Origin: an uncultured virus (IMG/VR IMGVR_UViG_3300045599_000077)
Lineage: Duplodnaviria; Heunggongvirae; Uroviricota; Caudoviricetes
DNA: 64,000 nt
IMG/VR virus record: IMGVR_UViG_3300045599_000077
Direction: 5' to 3' (one strand)
Shown here one piece after another: positions 29,186-39,683 of this stretch. A program made the translations under genes and the position numbers. The notes beneath the pieces are model-generated. The model saw nothing but the letters and a program-made list of their open reading frames with translations. It was not told the origin of the DNA and made no database searches. How positions within the stretch are numbered: position 1 is the stretch's first letter; each line of letters begins with the position of its first letter.

Positions 29186-29521
29186 ATGAGTTTTGGAAAG
29201 ATGAACACATTCATAGATATCATCAGTACGGTACCAATAAAGGATGAGGAAGGCTTCGCCAAAAAAGGTGACAATATACTCGTTAGTGTACTTGCTTACA
29301 AGGAAGATCGTCATGGCAGTGAGCGGTGGACGAATATGGCATCATTTTCATCTGCAACTTCTTTGTTTCGGTTTAGGAAAATTTATGGACTTAAGGTGAC
29401 GAATGAAATGGTCATCGTCTGTGATGATGGTAGATATCAGATTTTAAGTGTTGAGGATGTAAGAAACCGAGGGATGTATGTCGAGGTTTTAGCCGAAAAG
29501 CTAGAACCAACTGTGAGGTGA
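29186..29521 (+). CDS. Head closure protein
   Basis: Gene position; GKMNTFI...RYQILSVED. Confidence 0.7.
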   Translation: MSFGKMNTFIDIISTVPIKDEEGFAKKGDNILVSVLAYKEDRHGSERWTNMASFSSATSLFRFRKIYGLKVTNEMVIVCDDGRYQILSVEDVRNRGMYVEVLAEKLEPTVR

Positions 29522-29526
29522 TGGAT

Positions 29527-29958
29527 ATGGCAAAAGCGAATATAAAGATGCCAGAAGAATTCCTTTTAAAGGTATCTCGATTAGCTGACCAGACCGATGT
29601 GATTCTTCCTAAGGTTTTGGAAGTTGGCGGTGAAGTGGTGCTGGATAAAGTTAAGGGAAATTTGAGCAAGGTGGTTGGCAAGGACACGAAATATCCATCC
29701 AAAAGCACTGGTGAGTTGCTATCTTCACTGGGCCTTTCTGGTGCAAAACAGGATAGAAACGGAAACTTCAATGTAAAAGTCGGCTTTGCTGAGCCGCGCT
29801 CTGATGGTGAGAGCAATGCTAAACTTGCCAGCATTATCGAATATGGCAAACATGGTCAGCCTGCAAAACCCTTCCTAAAGCCTGCGAGGAATGCATCTAG
29901 GAAACCTTGCATCAATGCAATGGTCGCCAAGCTGGAGGAGGAAATCGAGAAGATATGA
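29527..29958 (+). CDS. HK97 gp10-like neck protein
   Basis: TGELLSS, EYGKHGQPAKPFLKPA. Confidence 0.8.
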   Translation: MAKANIKMPEEFLLKVSRLADQTDVILPKVLEVGGEVVLDKVKGNLSKVVGKDTKYPSKSTGELLSSLGLSGAKQDRNGNFNVKVGFAEPRSDGESNAKLASIIEYGKHGQPAKPFLKPARNASRKPCINAMVAKLEEEIEKI

Positions 29959-30296
29959 ATATCTTAGAGGAATTGAATACACTTGTGACCGCTATACCGC
30001 TCCCCGTGGAAACCGGGGTTTTTTCAGGTTTGGCACCAGATGAGTATGTCGTGATTCTCCCTCTTTCGGATATTTTTGAAGTTCATGCGGATAACCGTCC
30101 AGGCTTTGATGTGCAGGAAGCGAGGATATCACTGTTCACAAAAAATAACTACCTAGAGCGGAAAAGACAGCTCACAACGGCTTTAATAAATGCAGATTTT
30201 ACTGTGACCGAACGAAGATATATCGGTCACGAGGATGATACTGGATATCATCATTACGCCATCGATGTGGCGAAAAACTATAGATTGGAGGATTAA
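29955..30296 (+). CDS. Tail terminator/completion protein
   Basis: EDDTGYHHYAID; precedes major tail gene. Confidence 0.7.
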   Translation: MNILEELNTLVTAIPLPVETGVFSGLAPDEYVVILPLSDIFEVHADNRPGFDVQEARISLFTKNNYLERKRQLTTALINADFTVTERRYIGHEDDTGYHHYAIDVAKNYRLED

Positions 30297-30299
30297 CAC

Positions 30300-30890
30300 A
30301 TGGCAACGATTGGTCTTGATAGACTGTACTATTCAAAAATAACCGAGGACGCTAACGGTGAGGAAACTTATGCCCAACCTTCTGTGCTGGCAAAAGCCAT
30401 CACTGCTGAACTTTCGGTAGAACTGGTGGAAGCAATTCTGTATGCTGACGATGGTGCGGCTGAGGTTGTGAAAGACTTTAACAGTGGTACTCTCACTCTC
30501 GGTGTTGACGACATTGGTCCGACAGTTGCAGCGGATTTAACTGGTGCTTCTACTGATGACAACGGAGTATTAATCTCAGCCAGTGAAAATGTGGGTACAC
30601 CAGTTGCAGTAGGGTTTCGTGCACAAAGGGCTAATGGAACATACCGCTATTTTTGGCTGTATCGCGTTAAGTTTGGACTACCAGCTACCAACTTACAGAC
30701 AAAGGCTGATTCCATTACCTTTTCTACACCCACCATCGAAGGAACCGTTATGCGTAGGAATAAGCTGGATGGATTGGGCAAGCACCCATGGAAAGCGGAA
30801 GTTACAGAAGGTGATCCTGGTGTTTCATCGACCACCATAACAGGCTGGTTCACTGAAGTCTATGAACCTGTATATACACCTGAACCATAG
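30300..30890 (+). CDS. Major tail protein (phi13 family)
   Basis: IGLDRLYY, LYADDG, YFWLYRVKF. Confidence 0.85.
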   Translation: MATIGLDRLYYSKITEDANGEETYAQPSVLAKAITAELSVELVEAILYADDGAAEVVKDFNSGTLTLGVDDIGPTVAADLTGASTDDNGVLISASENVGTPVAVGFRAQRANGTYRYFWLYRVKFGLPATNLQTKADSITFSTPTIEGTVMRRNKLDGLGKHPWKAEVTEGDPGVSSTTITGWFTEVYEPVYTPEP

Positions 30891-30901
30891 GAGGGGAAAT
30901 C

Positions 30902-31288
30902 ATGGATAATGATAGAAGTGCCTCAATCAACATACGTGACAAAGAGTATGAACTGGTTTTAACTACACGTGCAACAAAGGCCATTGCCGGTCGTTACGGT
31001 GGTCTTGAAAACCTTGGAGAAAAACTGATGAAATCAGAAAACTTCGAGATGGCACTGGACGAGATTGTTTGGCTAATTACATTGCTTGCAAACCAGTCCA
31101 TTTTGATTCGTAATCTTAAGAATAAGAACGCACCAGAAGAATTGCTTACAGAGGAAGAAGTGGAGCTTCTTACCTCACCGCTTGACTTAGCGGCATATAA
31201 AACTGCAATTACCGAGGCGATGTTCAAAGGTACAAAGAGAAATGTAGAAAGTGAGGAGGAAACTCCAAAAAACGTGGAAGTCGGGTAA
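30902..31288 (+). CDS. Tail assembly chaperone (gpG-like)
   Basis: Between major tail and tape measure; ends with slippery A AAA AAC. Confidence 0.8.
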   Translation: MDNDRSASINIRDKEYELVLTTRATKAIAGRYGGLENLGEKLMKSENFEMALDEIVWLITLLANQSILIRNLKNKNAPEELLTEEEVELLTSPLDLAAYKTAITEAMFKGTKRNVESEEETPKNVEVG

Positions 31289-31476
31289 CGGACGCTGAGG
31301 TCTTTACCCGGCTTCTTTATTATGGAACGGTTCAGATGGGCATGGAAGCAGAGGAATTCTGGCTTATGCCAATTGGGCTGTTTTTTGATTTATGGACTTG
31401 CCACAAGCAATGGCATGGTATTGAAAAACCAAAGAAAACTCGGACCATTGACGATATTATCCCACTAGGCATATAG
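31267..31476 (+). CDS. -1 frameshift extension of tail chaperone (gpGT-like)
   Basis: A-AAA-AAC at 31267-31273; -1 frame open RGSRVTDAEVFTRLLYYG...DDIIPLGI to TAG 31476. Confidence 0.8.
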   Translation, partial: KKRGSRVTDAEVFTRLLYYGTVQMGMEAEEFWLMPIGLFFDLWTCHKQWHGIEKPKKTRTIDDIIPLGI

Positions 31477-31490
31477 GAGGAGGTGAAGGG

Positions 31491-33911
31491 ATGGCGGACA
31501 ATTTTGGATTAAAAATAGGTGTCGAGGGTGAGCGAGAATTTAAGAAGGCACTCTCGGAAATTAATCAATCATTTAAGGTACTAGGTAGTGAAATGGCCCT
31601 TGTAACCAGTCAATTTGATAAGAATGATAAATCCATTCAATCGATCACGGCACGAAATGCCGTTTTAAATAAAGAAATTGACGCACAGAAAGAAAAGATT
31701 TCAACCCTTAAGGCTGCCCTTGACAATGCCTCCTCCTCTTTCGGTGAAAATGACCGCCGCACCCAAAACTGGCAGATCCAATTAAATAGGGCTCAGGCAG
31801 AACTGAATCTAATGGAGCGTGAACTAGAAGAGTCCACAATTGAAGCGGATAATCTCGGTGAAGAGTTAGAGGATTCTGGTAAAAGTGCAGAGGATGCTGG
31901 TGGCAGGTTTGAAAAGCTTGGGGGTGTACTTAAGGGAATTAGTGTGGCGATGGGTGCGGTTGCCGTTGCCGCTGGAGCCGCGGCTATTAAGTTAGGTAAA
32001 GAGGTAGTTACTCAGTTCGGAGAATTAGAACAAAACCTAGGTGGATCGGAGGCGGTTTTTGGTGCATACGCTGCATCGATTCAGAAAACGGGTGAGGAAG
32101 CTTATAAAAATCTTGGGGTTTCCCAAAGTGAGTATCTTGCGACCGCCAACAAAATGGGTGCGTTGTTCCAAGGTTCTGGTATACAGCAACAGAGAAGTCT
32201 TGAGCTAACTGAAAAGGCTATGCAACGTGCGGCAGACATGGCATCTGTTATGGGTATTGATATGTCCTCGGCATTGGAGGCAGTCACTGGGGCGGCAAAG
32301 GGTAACTTTGATATGATGGATAACTTAGGTGTTGCGATGAACGCTACAAACATCGAAGCCTATGCTCTCGCAAAGGGTCTGGATTTCACTTGGAATACTG
32401 CAACACAAGCGGAAAAAGCCGAAGTAGCAATGCAAATGTTCTTTGAGAACACAGAGCAGTATGCAGGTAACTTTGCAAAAGAATCAACCGAGACAATCTC
32501 CGGTTCTATTGGGTTACTACAGGCCGCACTTGGTTCATTTACAGCTGGACTCGGTAATGCCAATGCTGATATGACGAATCTGACTGAGAATCTTGTTGAT
32601 GCTTTCGAGGCGGTTGTCACTAATATTGTACCGGTTTTAGAAAATATCGTAGCCGCCTTGCCAACAGCGACAGGCGCAATATTAGCGGCGGTTGCAGAAT
32701 TGCTACCAATGCTTCTTGAATTAGTTACAAATATATTCACGCAAGTACTGGAAACAATGTTAAATCTTTTACCGGAACTTATCCCAGCTGCAGTAAGTGC
32801 TCTAATGACGATTGTCGGTGCATTAATTGATAACCTTCCACTGCTAATAAATGCAGCAATTGAATTAGTAACAGCACTTGTGGAGGGAATCGGCATAGCG
32901 TTACCACAACTCATCCCTGCGGCAGTTTCTGCAGTTATGCAGATTGTCCAAGGATTGATGGATAACCTACCACTCATTTTGGATGCCGCTTTGCAGTTGA
33001 TTTTAGGATTAGCACAGGGATTGGTAGATGCCATACCCCAGCTTACTTCTGCATTGCCTGTCATCATCAAAGCAATAGTGGATTTTATCATTAAATCTAT
33101 TCCGCAGATTATTGAAGCGGGTATTCAATTATTGTCCTCACTGGTTACAGCTTTGCCTACCATTATTACAGCAGTTGTGGAAGCAATTCCGCAAATTATC
33201 GACAGTATCATCAATGCTGTTATTGGCTCGATTCCTTTGATTATTGATGCAGGTATCCGGCTTCTAGTTTCACTCATTCAGGCATTGCCGCAGATTATTA
33301 CTACTGTTGTAGGTGCTATTCCCAAGATTGTTAGCTCGCTGGTCAATGCCGTTATTGGTAACATCGATAAGATTATCTTAGCGGGTGTACAACTGTTTGT
33401 GGCATTGATTGCAAACCTACCAAGGATAAACGTGGAGATTGTTAAAGCAGTACCGCAGATTATCTCTGGACTGATCAAAGCCTTTACTGGCTATATCGGT
33501 CAAATGGCTCAAGTGGGTGGCAATCTGATTAAAGGTCTATGGCAAGGTATTTCAGACGCAGGGGCATGGCTATGGAGTAAAATATCTGGATTTTTCGGAA
33601 ATGTTGTTTCAAGGATTAAAGACTTCTTCGGTATCCGCTCTCCTTCAACCCTATTTGCTGGAATTGGCCGCAACATGGGTGAAGGTATCGGTGTAGGTTT
33701 TGAGGATGCAATGACAGCAGTTTCAAGGGATATGCAAAATGCAGTGCCAACCAGCTTTGACTTTAATTACAGAGGTGTATCTGGGCAAGGCAATGCCACT
33801 GGTGCAAGTATCACTCAAAACATTTCTGTAGTGACACCTAAGGCTCTATCAGAAAAAGAACTAGCACGGGAGTTTAAGAACCTATCCCGTAAACTGGCAC
33901 TTGAATTGTAA
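31491..33911 (+). CDS. Tape measure protein
   Basis: N-terminal coiled coil, periodic LP.II/L hydrophobic repeats, FGIRSPS. Confidence 0.88.
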   Translation: MADNFGLKIGVEGEREFKKALSEINQSFKVLGSEMALVTSQFDKNDKSIQSITARNAVLNKEIDAQKEKISTLKAALDNASSSFGENDRRTQNWQIQLNRAQAELNLMERELEESTIEADNLGEELEDSGKSAEDAGGRFEKLGGVLKGISVAMGAVAVAAGAAAIKLGKEVVTQFGELEQNLGGSEAVFGAYAASIQKTGEEAYKNLGVSQSEYLATANKMGALFQGSGIQQQRSLELTEKAMQRAADMASVMGIDMSSALEAVTGAAKGNFDMMDNLGVAMNATNIEAYALAKGLDFTWNTATQAEKAEVAMQMFFENTEQYAGNFAKESTETISGSIGLLQAALGSFTAGLGNANADMTNLTENLVDAFEAVVTNIVPVLENIVAALPTATGAILAAVAELLPMLLELVTNIFTQVLETMLNLLPELIPAAVSALMTIVGALIDNLPLLINAAIELVTALVEGIGIALPQLIPAAVSAVMQIVQGLMDNLPLILDAALQLILGLAQGLVDAIPQLTSALPVIIKAIVDFIIKSIPQIIEAGIQLLSSLVTALPTIITAVVEAIPQIIDSIINAVIGSIPLIIDAGIRLLVSLIQALPQIITTVVGAIPKIVSSLVNAVIGNIDKIILAGVQLFVALIANLPRINVEIVKAVPQIISGLIKAFTGYIGQMAQVGGNLIKGLWQGISDAGAWLWSKISGFFGNVVSRIKDFFGIRSPSTLFAGIGRNMGEGIGVGFEDAMTAVSRDMQNAVPTSFDFNYRGVSGQGNATGASITQNISVVTPKALSEKELAREFKNLSRKLALEL

Positions 33912-33924
33912 AGGAGGTACGGCA

Positions 33925-34776
33925 ATGGAACTAACATATACCAATAGAGATGGAGAGAGTATTACGCTAAAGCAAAGCCGACCGTACTTTCTTACGAAGA
34001 TAGATGGTACTGGCAACATCCGTCAAACTGTTAACACTTTCAAGGCGCCAGACCAAGATGGCGCTTTTTATATTTCCTCCACACTAGATATGCGAAACAT
34101 AACGATTGAAGGTACGGTTGTTGCTGATACTCCCGATGAAGCTTATAAAAGGAGACAACACTTCCTTCAAATATTCAGCCCAAAGCTACTAGGAACCCTT
34201 CAATACCGTGAGAGACAGATTTCCTGTGTGGTAGAGGAAGCAGGTTTTAGTGTTTCTAATCGGCAACGAATACCAAACTTCTTTGTCAGTCTGCTCTGCC
34301 CATCCCCTTTCTTTGAGACATTAAATGAGGTGCGAGAGGAACTGGCATCATGGATACCGCTATTTGAGTTTGAATTGGAAATTCCAATGACTGGGATGGA
34401 GTTCGGAATGCGTCAACCTAGCCAAATCATTACGGTGGAAAATATAGGGGATGTATCTTGTGGATGCGAGATAGTGTTTAGGGCCTTAGGTACTGTGTCG
34501 AACCCTGAACTATTAAACATAGACACGGGAGAATATATCCGACTTCTCACTACAATGAGCGCTGGGGATGAACTTCGTGTATATACCCATTTCGCTGGTA
34601 AGCGTGTGATCCAAGTTGATGGTTCAACGGTTACAAATGCTTTTTCACTGTTGGATACCAATTCGGTGTTCTTTCAACTGGCGGCAGGCCTTAATACACT
34701 GAGATACGATGCTTCTGTCAATATGGAATTGTTAGAGGTTAGTATTTACTTTCGTCCGCAGTTTCTGGGGGTGTGA
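33925..34776 (+). CDS. Distal tail (Dit) protein
   Basis: Follows tape measure; QDGAFY...LCPSPFF...GLNTLRY. Confidence 0.75.
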   Translation: MELTYTNRDGESITLKQSRPYFLTKIDGTGNIRQTVNTFKAPDQDGAFYISSTLDMRNITIEGTVVADTPDEAYKRRQHFLQIFSPKLLGTLQYRERQISCVVEEAGFSVSNRQRIPNFFVSLLCPSPFFETLNEVREELASWIPLFEFELEIPMTGMEFGMRQPSQIITVENIGDVSCGCEIVFRALGTVSNPELLNIDTGEYIRLLTTMSAGDELRVYTHFAGKRVIQVDGSTVTNAFSLLDTNSVFFQLAAGLNTLRYDASVNMELLEVSIYFRPQFLGV

Positions 34777-34778
34777 AA

Positions 34779-36716
34779 ATGGAACTGTATATCTACAATT
34801 CAAACCGGGAGCTTGCAGGCATTGTTGAATCCTTTGAGTACTTACGCTGGACGAGACGCTATTCCCAGTGTGGCTCATTTGAGTTAAAGGCGATAGCAAC
34901 TCCAGAGAATACAGAACTCTTAAAGGAAGGGAATATCATCTGGAAAAATGATGATGAGGAAGCCGGGATCATTGAGCATCTGGAACTTTCTCAAACCGAG
35001 CATGAAATTATTACTGCAAGTGGTCGTTTTGCAACTTCCTTCCTCTCCCGCCGCATTGTTTGGCAAACGGAGAAACTGTCTGGTGACATATCTGTCTGTG
35101 TGGAGCAGTTGATAAATAATAATCTTATCAATCCTTCTGATACAGCAAGGAAGATTTCAAACATAACCTTTTCTGCTCCAAACTTAAATGTTCCCATCAG
35201 CACACAAATATCGTATAGAAATTTGATGGATGCGGTGACAGGACTATGTGTTGCTTCAGATATTGGCATTAAGACCGTGTTCTCTCCTGCGACAGGGGGA
35301 TTTACCATATCGTTGTATAGAGGAAAGGAATCACAAGCAGTATTTTCTAAGGAATATGAAAATCTTACTGAACAGATTTATACGATAAGTGCAGGAGATT
35401 ATGCCAACACTGCCCTTGTTGCTGGTGAAGGAGAAGGCACAGAGCGAACCTTTATTTCGATTACAGGTGGCTCAGGTGAGACAAGACATGAAATTTTTGT
35501 GGATGCTAAGGATTTGCGGGCGGAAGACTTTGGTTCGGATTACATTGATACACTAATCTTTCGAGGTCAAAGTAAGCTTAGTGAGCAGGCCATACGATAT
35601 TCATTTGATACATCTATCAATCCACACGGCAATTTAACATATAAGATAGACTTCGATCTTGGGCAGACCGTCAAAGTTATTTCCAAAGCATGGGGTGTAT
35701 CCATGACGACACGTATTACCGAAGTCGAGGAAACCTATGACGCAGACGGCCAGAGCATCAGTGTAGTGTTTGGAAAAGCGGAGTTAACGATAGCACAAAA
35801 AATCCGCTCTGACTTAAGCGAGGTTAAAACAGCGATATTTGCTCCAACGGGCATATCCGAAATTGCACAGGCTATAGGGACCGTGGAGGAAACGTTGGGA
35901 ATTGTGGAGGAAACCTTAGGTGACTTGACTGAGGTAGATTCAGAGATTCAAGGAGACAGCGTAGCATCTACTATCAATAATCTGTATGGTAAACTACCAG
36001 CACTCGAAATCAATGTGGGCGGAGGTACTATATCCATTGGACAATATGCGTTGTACCATATGAACTCTGGGGATGCCTTTTATTTCACCTCATGGAGTGG
36101 CAATAAGTTTAGTGACCAGCCAAGTGATGACGGTCATGTCTTTTTGGTAAAGCATAACGGGGATAACACGGGGAATGGCTATCAGCGGGCAATGGGTTTC
36201 TTTATTTCTCGTAATACCATGACATTTTATGTGATTTCTGTTTTCGTATTTAACAACCCTTCTGGTCAAGCAAACTGGCTTAATATCAATAACGAACCTG
36301 TAACTACTGCAAGGATTGCCAATGGAGCAGTCACTGGCTTGAAAATTACAGACCGTACAATTACAGCCACTAAACTGGCTTCTTCCTTTAGCGACTACTC
36401 AACTACAGAACAAAACACAGGGCGGCTATGGATAGATGGCAAGACGATTTATCGTAAAGAGATAAATCTCGGTTCGCTTACGGATACAACACCAAAACAT
36501 GTACCTCATGGTATAGCAAACCTCAGCACTGTTGTCAGTTTAACCGGTTTTGTCACGAATGGGAGTGTTTTCTTGCCACTGCCCCTTGCTCGTTACAACA
36601 ACTTTGCATCTCAAATCGGACTCTTCGTGAATATGACCGACATTGTAGTCGAACCAGGCAATGATAGAACTGCATATACAGGCTATGTAGTTATAGAGTA
36701 CACAAAAACCGTTTAG
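34779..36716 (+). CDS. Baseplate hub/Tal-like tail protein with C-terminal fibre region
   Basis: WTRRYSQCGSFEL, AGEGEG, FVDAKD, DFDLGQ; C-term WIDGKTIYRK. Confidence 0.75.
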   Translation: MELYIYNSNRELAGIVESFEYLRWTRRYSQCGSFELKAIATPENTELLKEGNIIWKNDDEEAGIIEHLELSQTEHEIITASGRFATSFLSRRIVWQTEKLSGDISVCVEQLINNNLINPSDTARKISNITFSAPNLNVPISTQISYRNLMDAVTGLCVASDIGIKTVFSPATGGFTISLYRGKESQAVFSKEYENLTEQIYTISAGDYANTALVAGEGEGTERTFISITGGSGETRHEIFVDAKDLRAEDFGSDYIDTLIFRGQSKLSEQAIRYSFDTSINPHGNLTYKIDFDLGQTVKVISKAWGVSMTTRITEVEETYDADGQSISVVFGKAELTIAQKIRSDLSEVKTAIFAPTGISEIAQAIGTVEETLGIVEETLGDLTEVDSEIQGDSVASTINNLYGKLPALEINVGGGTISIGQYALYHMNSGDAFYFTSWSGNKFSDQPSDDGHVFLVKHNGDNTGNGYQRAMGFFISRNTMTFYVISVFVFNNPSGQANWLNINNEPVTTARIANGAVTGLKITDRTITATKLASSFSDYSTTEQNTGRLWIDGKTIYRKEINLGSLTDTTPKHVPHGIANLSTVVSLTGFVTNGSVFLPLPLARYNNFASQIGLFVNMTDIVVEPGNDRTAYTGYVVIEYTKTV

Positions 36717-36733
36717 TAAGGAGGGAATAGTTT

Positions 36734-37237
36734 ATGGAGAAAAGTGGATTTTTCAACTCATCTGATGGAGATAGAATCTATGACGCAACAGATTTCGCTG
36801 CATATTTTGGAAGCCTTGTCTCGAATGGTGTATTTTATTCTACACCAACAAACCTTCTGGTGTCTCCAGGGATTGGGTTGGTAGTGAGCATAGCAGCGGG
36901 CAGTGCGTGGATTAATGGTTATCGATATGAAAATACGGATGTTTTAAACAAACCACTTTCTACAGCAGACGGAAGCAATCCTCGCATAGACCGGGTTGTG
37001 GTTCGCTTAAGTCAAATTACGAGGAGCATTCAGCTTGCCATTGTCACGGGTACTCCCGCAGCAACACCCATAGCTCCAGAGTTGACAAGAACAAGCGATG
37101 TCTATGAACTTGGCATCGCTGATGTTTTAGTACCTTCGGCTGCCACATCGATTTCAGCAAATAACATTATAGATACCCGATTGAATACTAGCCTTTGTGG
37201 GCTGGTAAACTCGCTAGTTTCGGCTGTTTATGAATAG
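36734..37237 (+). CDS. Upper baseplate-like structural protein
   Basis: SGFFNS.DGDR.Y, AWINGY, RIDRVV. Confidence 0.65.
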   Translation: MEKSGFFNSSDGDRIYDATDFAAYFGSLVSNGVFYSTPTNLLVSPGIGLVVSIAAGSAWINGYRYENTDVLNKPLSTADGSNPRIDRVVVRLSQITRSIQLAIVTGTPAATPIAPELTRTSDVYELGIADVLVPSAATSISANNIIDTRLNTSLCGLVNSLVSAVYE

Positions 37238-37253
37238 GAGGAGGTGAATGTAA

Positions 37254-39608
37254 GTGGTGGATATTAATGGCATCACTCTGCAGGCGGGTTCTAGCCCGAC
37301 CGTCCATTACACAATTACTTATACCAAAAGCCGTCTAAATAATAGTCAGATGAGATACAATTTCACCATATCCGCTGCGTTGGGTTCATCAGGTTCCTTT
37401 ATCCGTAGTGGTTATGCATTGCTTTGCACTATGACTGTAAATGGATCTTCTTCACAGGTACGTATTAAAGCGGCGGATGGAGATAACTGGGAAGGGACCA
37501 CACCAAGGCTCAGATATGTTTCGGTAACCTGCGCTTCTACTACAGGTAATGCAACCCAGCCAGTCACATTCAAAGTGGTATCTGATGGACGATTGCCATT
37601 ATCCTCTGGTGTAATTACCAATTCAAGCTATACGGTACTAAGTGCTCCATTGCTTACTACAGCTTGTGGAGCCCCAACATCTTGTACTGTTTCTCCAACA
37701 CTTGCGGAAGGGAATGTGACTCTTTCTTGGAGCGGTGCTTCTGGAGGCATCAATAATACGATTTCCAGTTATGAGATTCAATATAGTGATTCCGCCGATA
37801 ATGTCACATGGGGAGCATGGACTGCTCTGACAACGGTGACCACCACAGCGACAAGTGGTAGTGTATCCGTTGCACCGCCTCCTACCCGAGGTAATTATCG
37901 TAGATTTCAGGTACGAACCCGTGGTACAGCAGGTGCTAGTTATTACTCTAGCTGGAAAGTATCCACAAACAGCATCCGCAGAAATACGGTGCCAAAGCCA
38001 GCGACGACTGCTGTTGCCTCCCCGACAGCATATAGCGATGAGACTATCACGCTTAATTGGAGCGGAGCATCTAACGGTACCAGTCCAATTAAGGGATATC
38101 AAATTGCCAGTCGCACATCTACGGATAATAGTACTTGGAGTGCGTGGAATGTGTTGACCACGTTGACACTGGCGGCAAGCGGAGGGAGCTATAACCCAAT
38201 AGTTTCAAGGACTCCAGGAACATATACTCAATTTGGTATTTGGACAATTGATACATTGGATGTTTATTCAATAGAAAAAGTCAGCAATAGTATCTATTGT
38301 AATGTCACAGCTTGTGCAGCACCGACCCTTTGCACGGTAAGTGCAACATTATCTGAAGGAAATGTCACTCTTTCTTGGAGCGGAGCATCTGGCGGTGCAG
38401 GTAACCCTATCACTTCCTATGAAATACAGTACAGTGATTCACATGATAACATCAATTGGGGTGCCTGGCTGGCATTGGCTATAGTCAATACTTCTGCAAC
38501 AAGCAGTATTTTAAATGTCAGTCCACCTGCTACACGTGGCCATTATCGTCGGTTTCGAATAAGAACTCGTGGTACGGCTGGTGAGGATTATTACTCAGAC
38601 TGGACTATTTCCAGCAATACTGTTCGTAAAAACATACTGCCCATACCACCGACTATTTTTGCCGCAAACCCTCCTATATATGAAGCTAATACAATAAATC
38701 TTTCATGGAGTGGGACGGTACCTGGAACCAGTGCGATTAAGCAGTATGTCATACAACAGTCTACATCGACAGATGGTGTGAATTGGTCGGCATACGTAGC
38801 ACTGACGACTATTATTTCAAGCAATACCTCAGGTAGCCTTCAGGTAAATGCTTCACAAATAGCTGGTCGGTATACCCGTTATCGAATCAGTGTTACAGAT
38901 GCACTTGATGCAGTTTCTGCCTTTGTAGTTAGCAACATGGTAAAGAAAAACAGCCCACCTGCATCACCAGTAGTGGACTGTCCAATGTCTGGCAATTTTA
39001 CTTATAACTCTACACCACGTTTTATGATTACAACAGGGATTGAACCAGATGGACAAACACAAATAGTGGAGGTAAGGATTGACTCTGGTCCATGGCAAAA
39101 TAGCGTGGACAATCCTGAGCGGTTTTCTGTAAGCGGCTATCTTGGTAATGGTGTCAAGACGATTTACCAAGCAGAACCTCTTTCTGTAGGAAATCATACC
39201 GTTACTTTTCGTTGCCTTGACAGTGATATCGAGTCAGCAAGCACAGAAGTTGTTCGTACCTTCACGATTTTAGCATTACCTTTTGAAATCATCACCGCTA
39301 ATGTGACACATGTAAAGGCAGCGCATATTAAGACGTTTCGAACTGCTATAAACAGGGTACGTAGCTATTACAATATGTCCCCTGCAACTTGGAAAGAGGA
39401 GATCATCGCAAGAAAGACCACTGTTAAGAATTGGCCATTCCATATCGTTGAAATGCGTAAAGCTATTGATGCGATTATTATGATGATTAATAGTTTCGAT
39501 TCTTCCCATGCATTCGATACACCATCTGTCACATGGCTACCTATTGGTACAGGAAGACCTAGGGCAGATGTGATGCAACAAATTCATGACCTAATAAAAA
39601 TAATGTAA
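37254..39608 (+). CDS. Fibronectin type III repeat virion protein (putative adhesion)
   Basis: Four ~110-aa units with L(S/N)WSG...Y.I...W.A pattern; Ser/Thr rich. Confidence 0.7.
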   Translation: MVDINGITLQAGSSPTVHYTITYTKSRLNNSQMRYNFTISAALGSSGSFIRSGYALLCTMTVNGSSSQVRIKAADGDNWEGTTPRLRYVSVTCASTTGNATQPVTFKVVSDGRLPLSSGVITNSSYTVLSAPLLTTACGAPTSCTVSPTLAEGNVTLSWSGASGGINNTISSYEIQYSDSADNVTWGAWTALTTVTTTATSGSVSVAPPPTRGNYRRFQVRTRGTAGASYYSSWKVSTNSIRRNTVPKPATTAVASPTAYSDETITLNWSGASNGTSPIKGYQIASRTSTDNSTWSAWNVLTTLTLAASGGSYNPIVSRTPGTYTQFGIWTIDTLDVYSIEKVSNSIYCNVTACAAPTLCTVSATLSEGNVTLSWSGASGGAGNPITSYEIQYSDSHDNINWGAWLALAIVNTSATSSILNVSPPATRGHYRRFRIRTRGTAGEDYYSDWTISSNTVRKNILPIPPTIFAANPPIYEANTINLSWSGTVPGTSAIKQYVIQQSTSTDGVNWSAYVALTTIISSNTSGSLQVNASQIAGRYTRYRISVTDALDAVSAFVVSNMVKKNSPPASPVVDCPMSGNFTYNSTPRFMITTGIEPDGQTQIVEVRIDSGPWQNSVDNPERFSVSGYLGNGVKTIYQAEPLSVGNHTVTFRCLDSDIESASTEVVRTFTILALPFEIITANVTHVKAAHIKTFRTAINRVRSYYNMSPATWKEEIIARKTTVKNWPFHIVEMRKAIDAIIMMINSFDSSHAFDTPSVTWLPIGTGRPRADVMQQIHDLIKIM

Positions 39609-39619
39609 AAATAAAATTC

Positions 39620-39650
39620 AGCGCTCTTGTCATTTGCAGGGGCGCTTTTC
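39620..39650 (+). terminator. Terminator-like hairpin
   Basis: AGCGCTCTTG...CAGGGGCGCT TTT. Confidence 0.55.
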
Positions 39651-39683
39651 TATATGGAAATACACGAAACGGAGGTGTCTTTA

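Noticed and set aside
32360..33091. 243-aa antisense ORF in tape measure gene
   Set aside because: Expected shadow of a repetitive Ala/Ile/Leu-rich coding strand
34779..39608. Possible diversity-generating retroelement target in tail genes
   Set aside because: No reverse transcriptase and no TR/VR pair differing only at adenines seen
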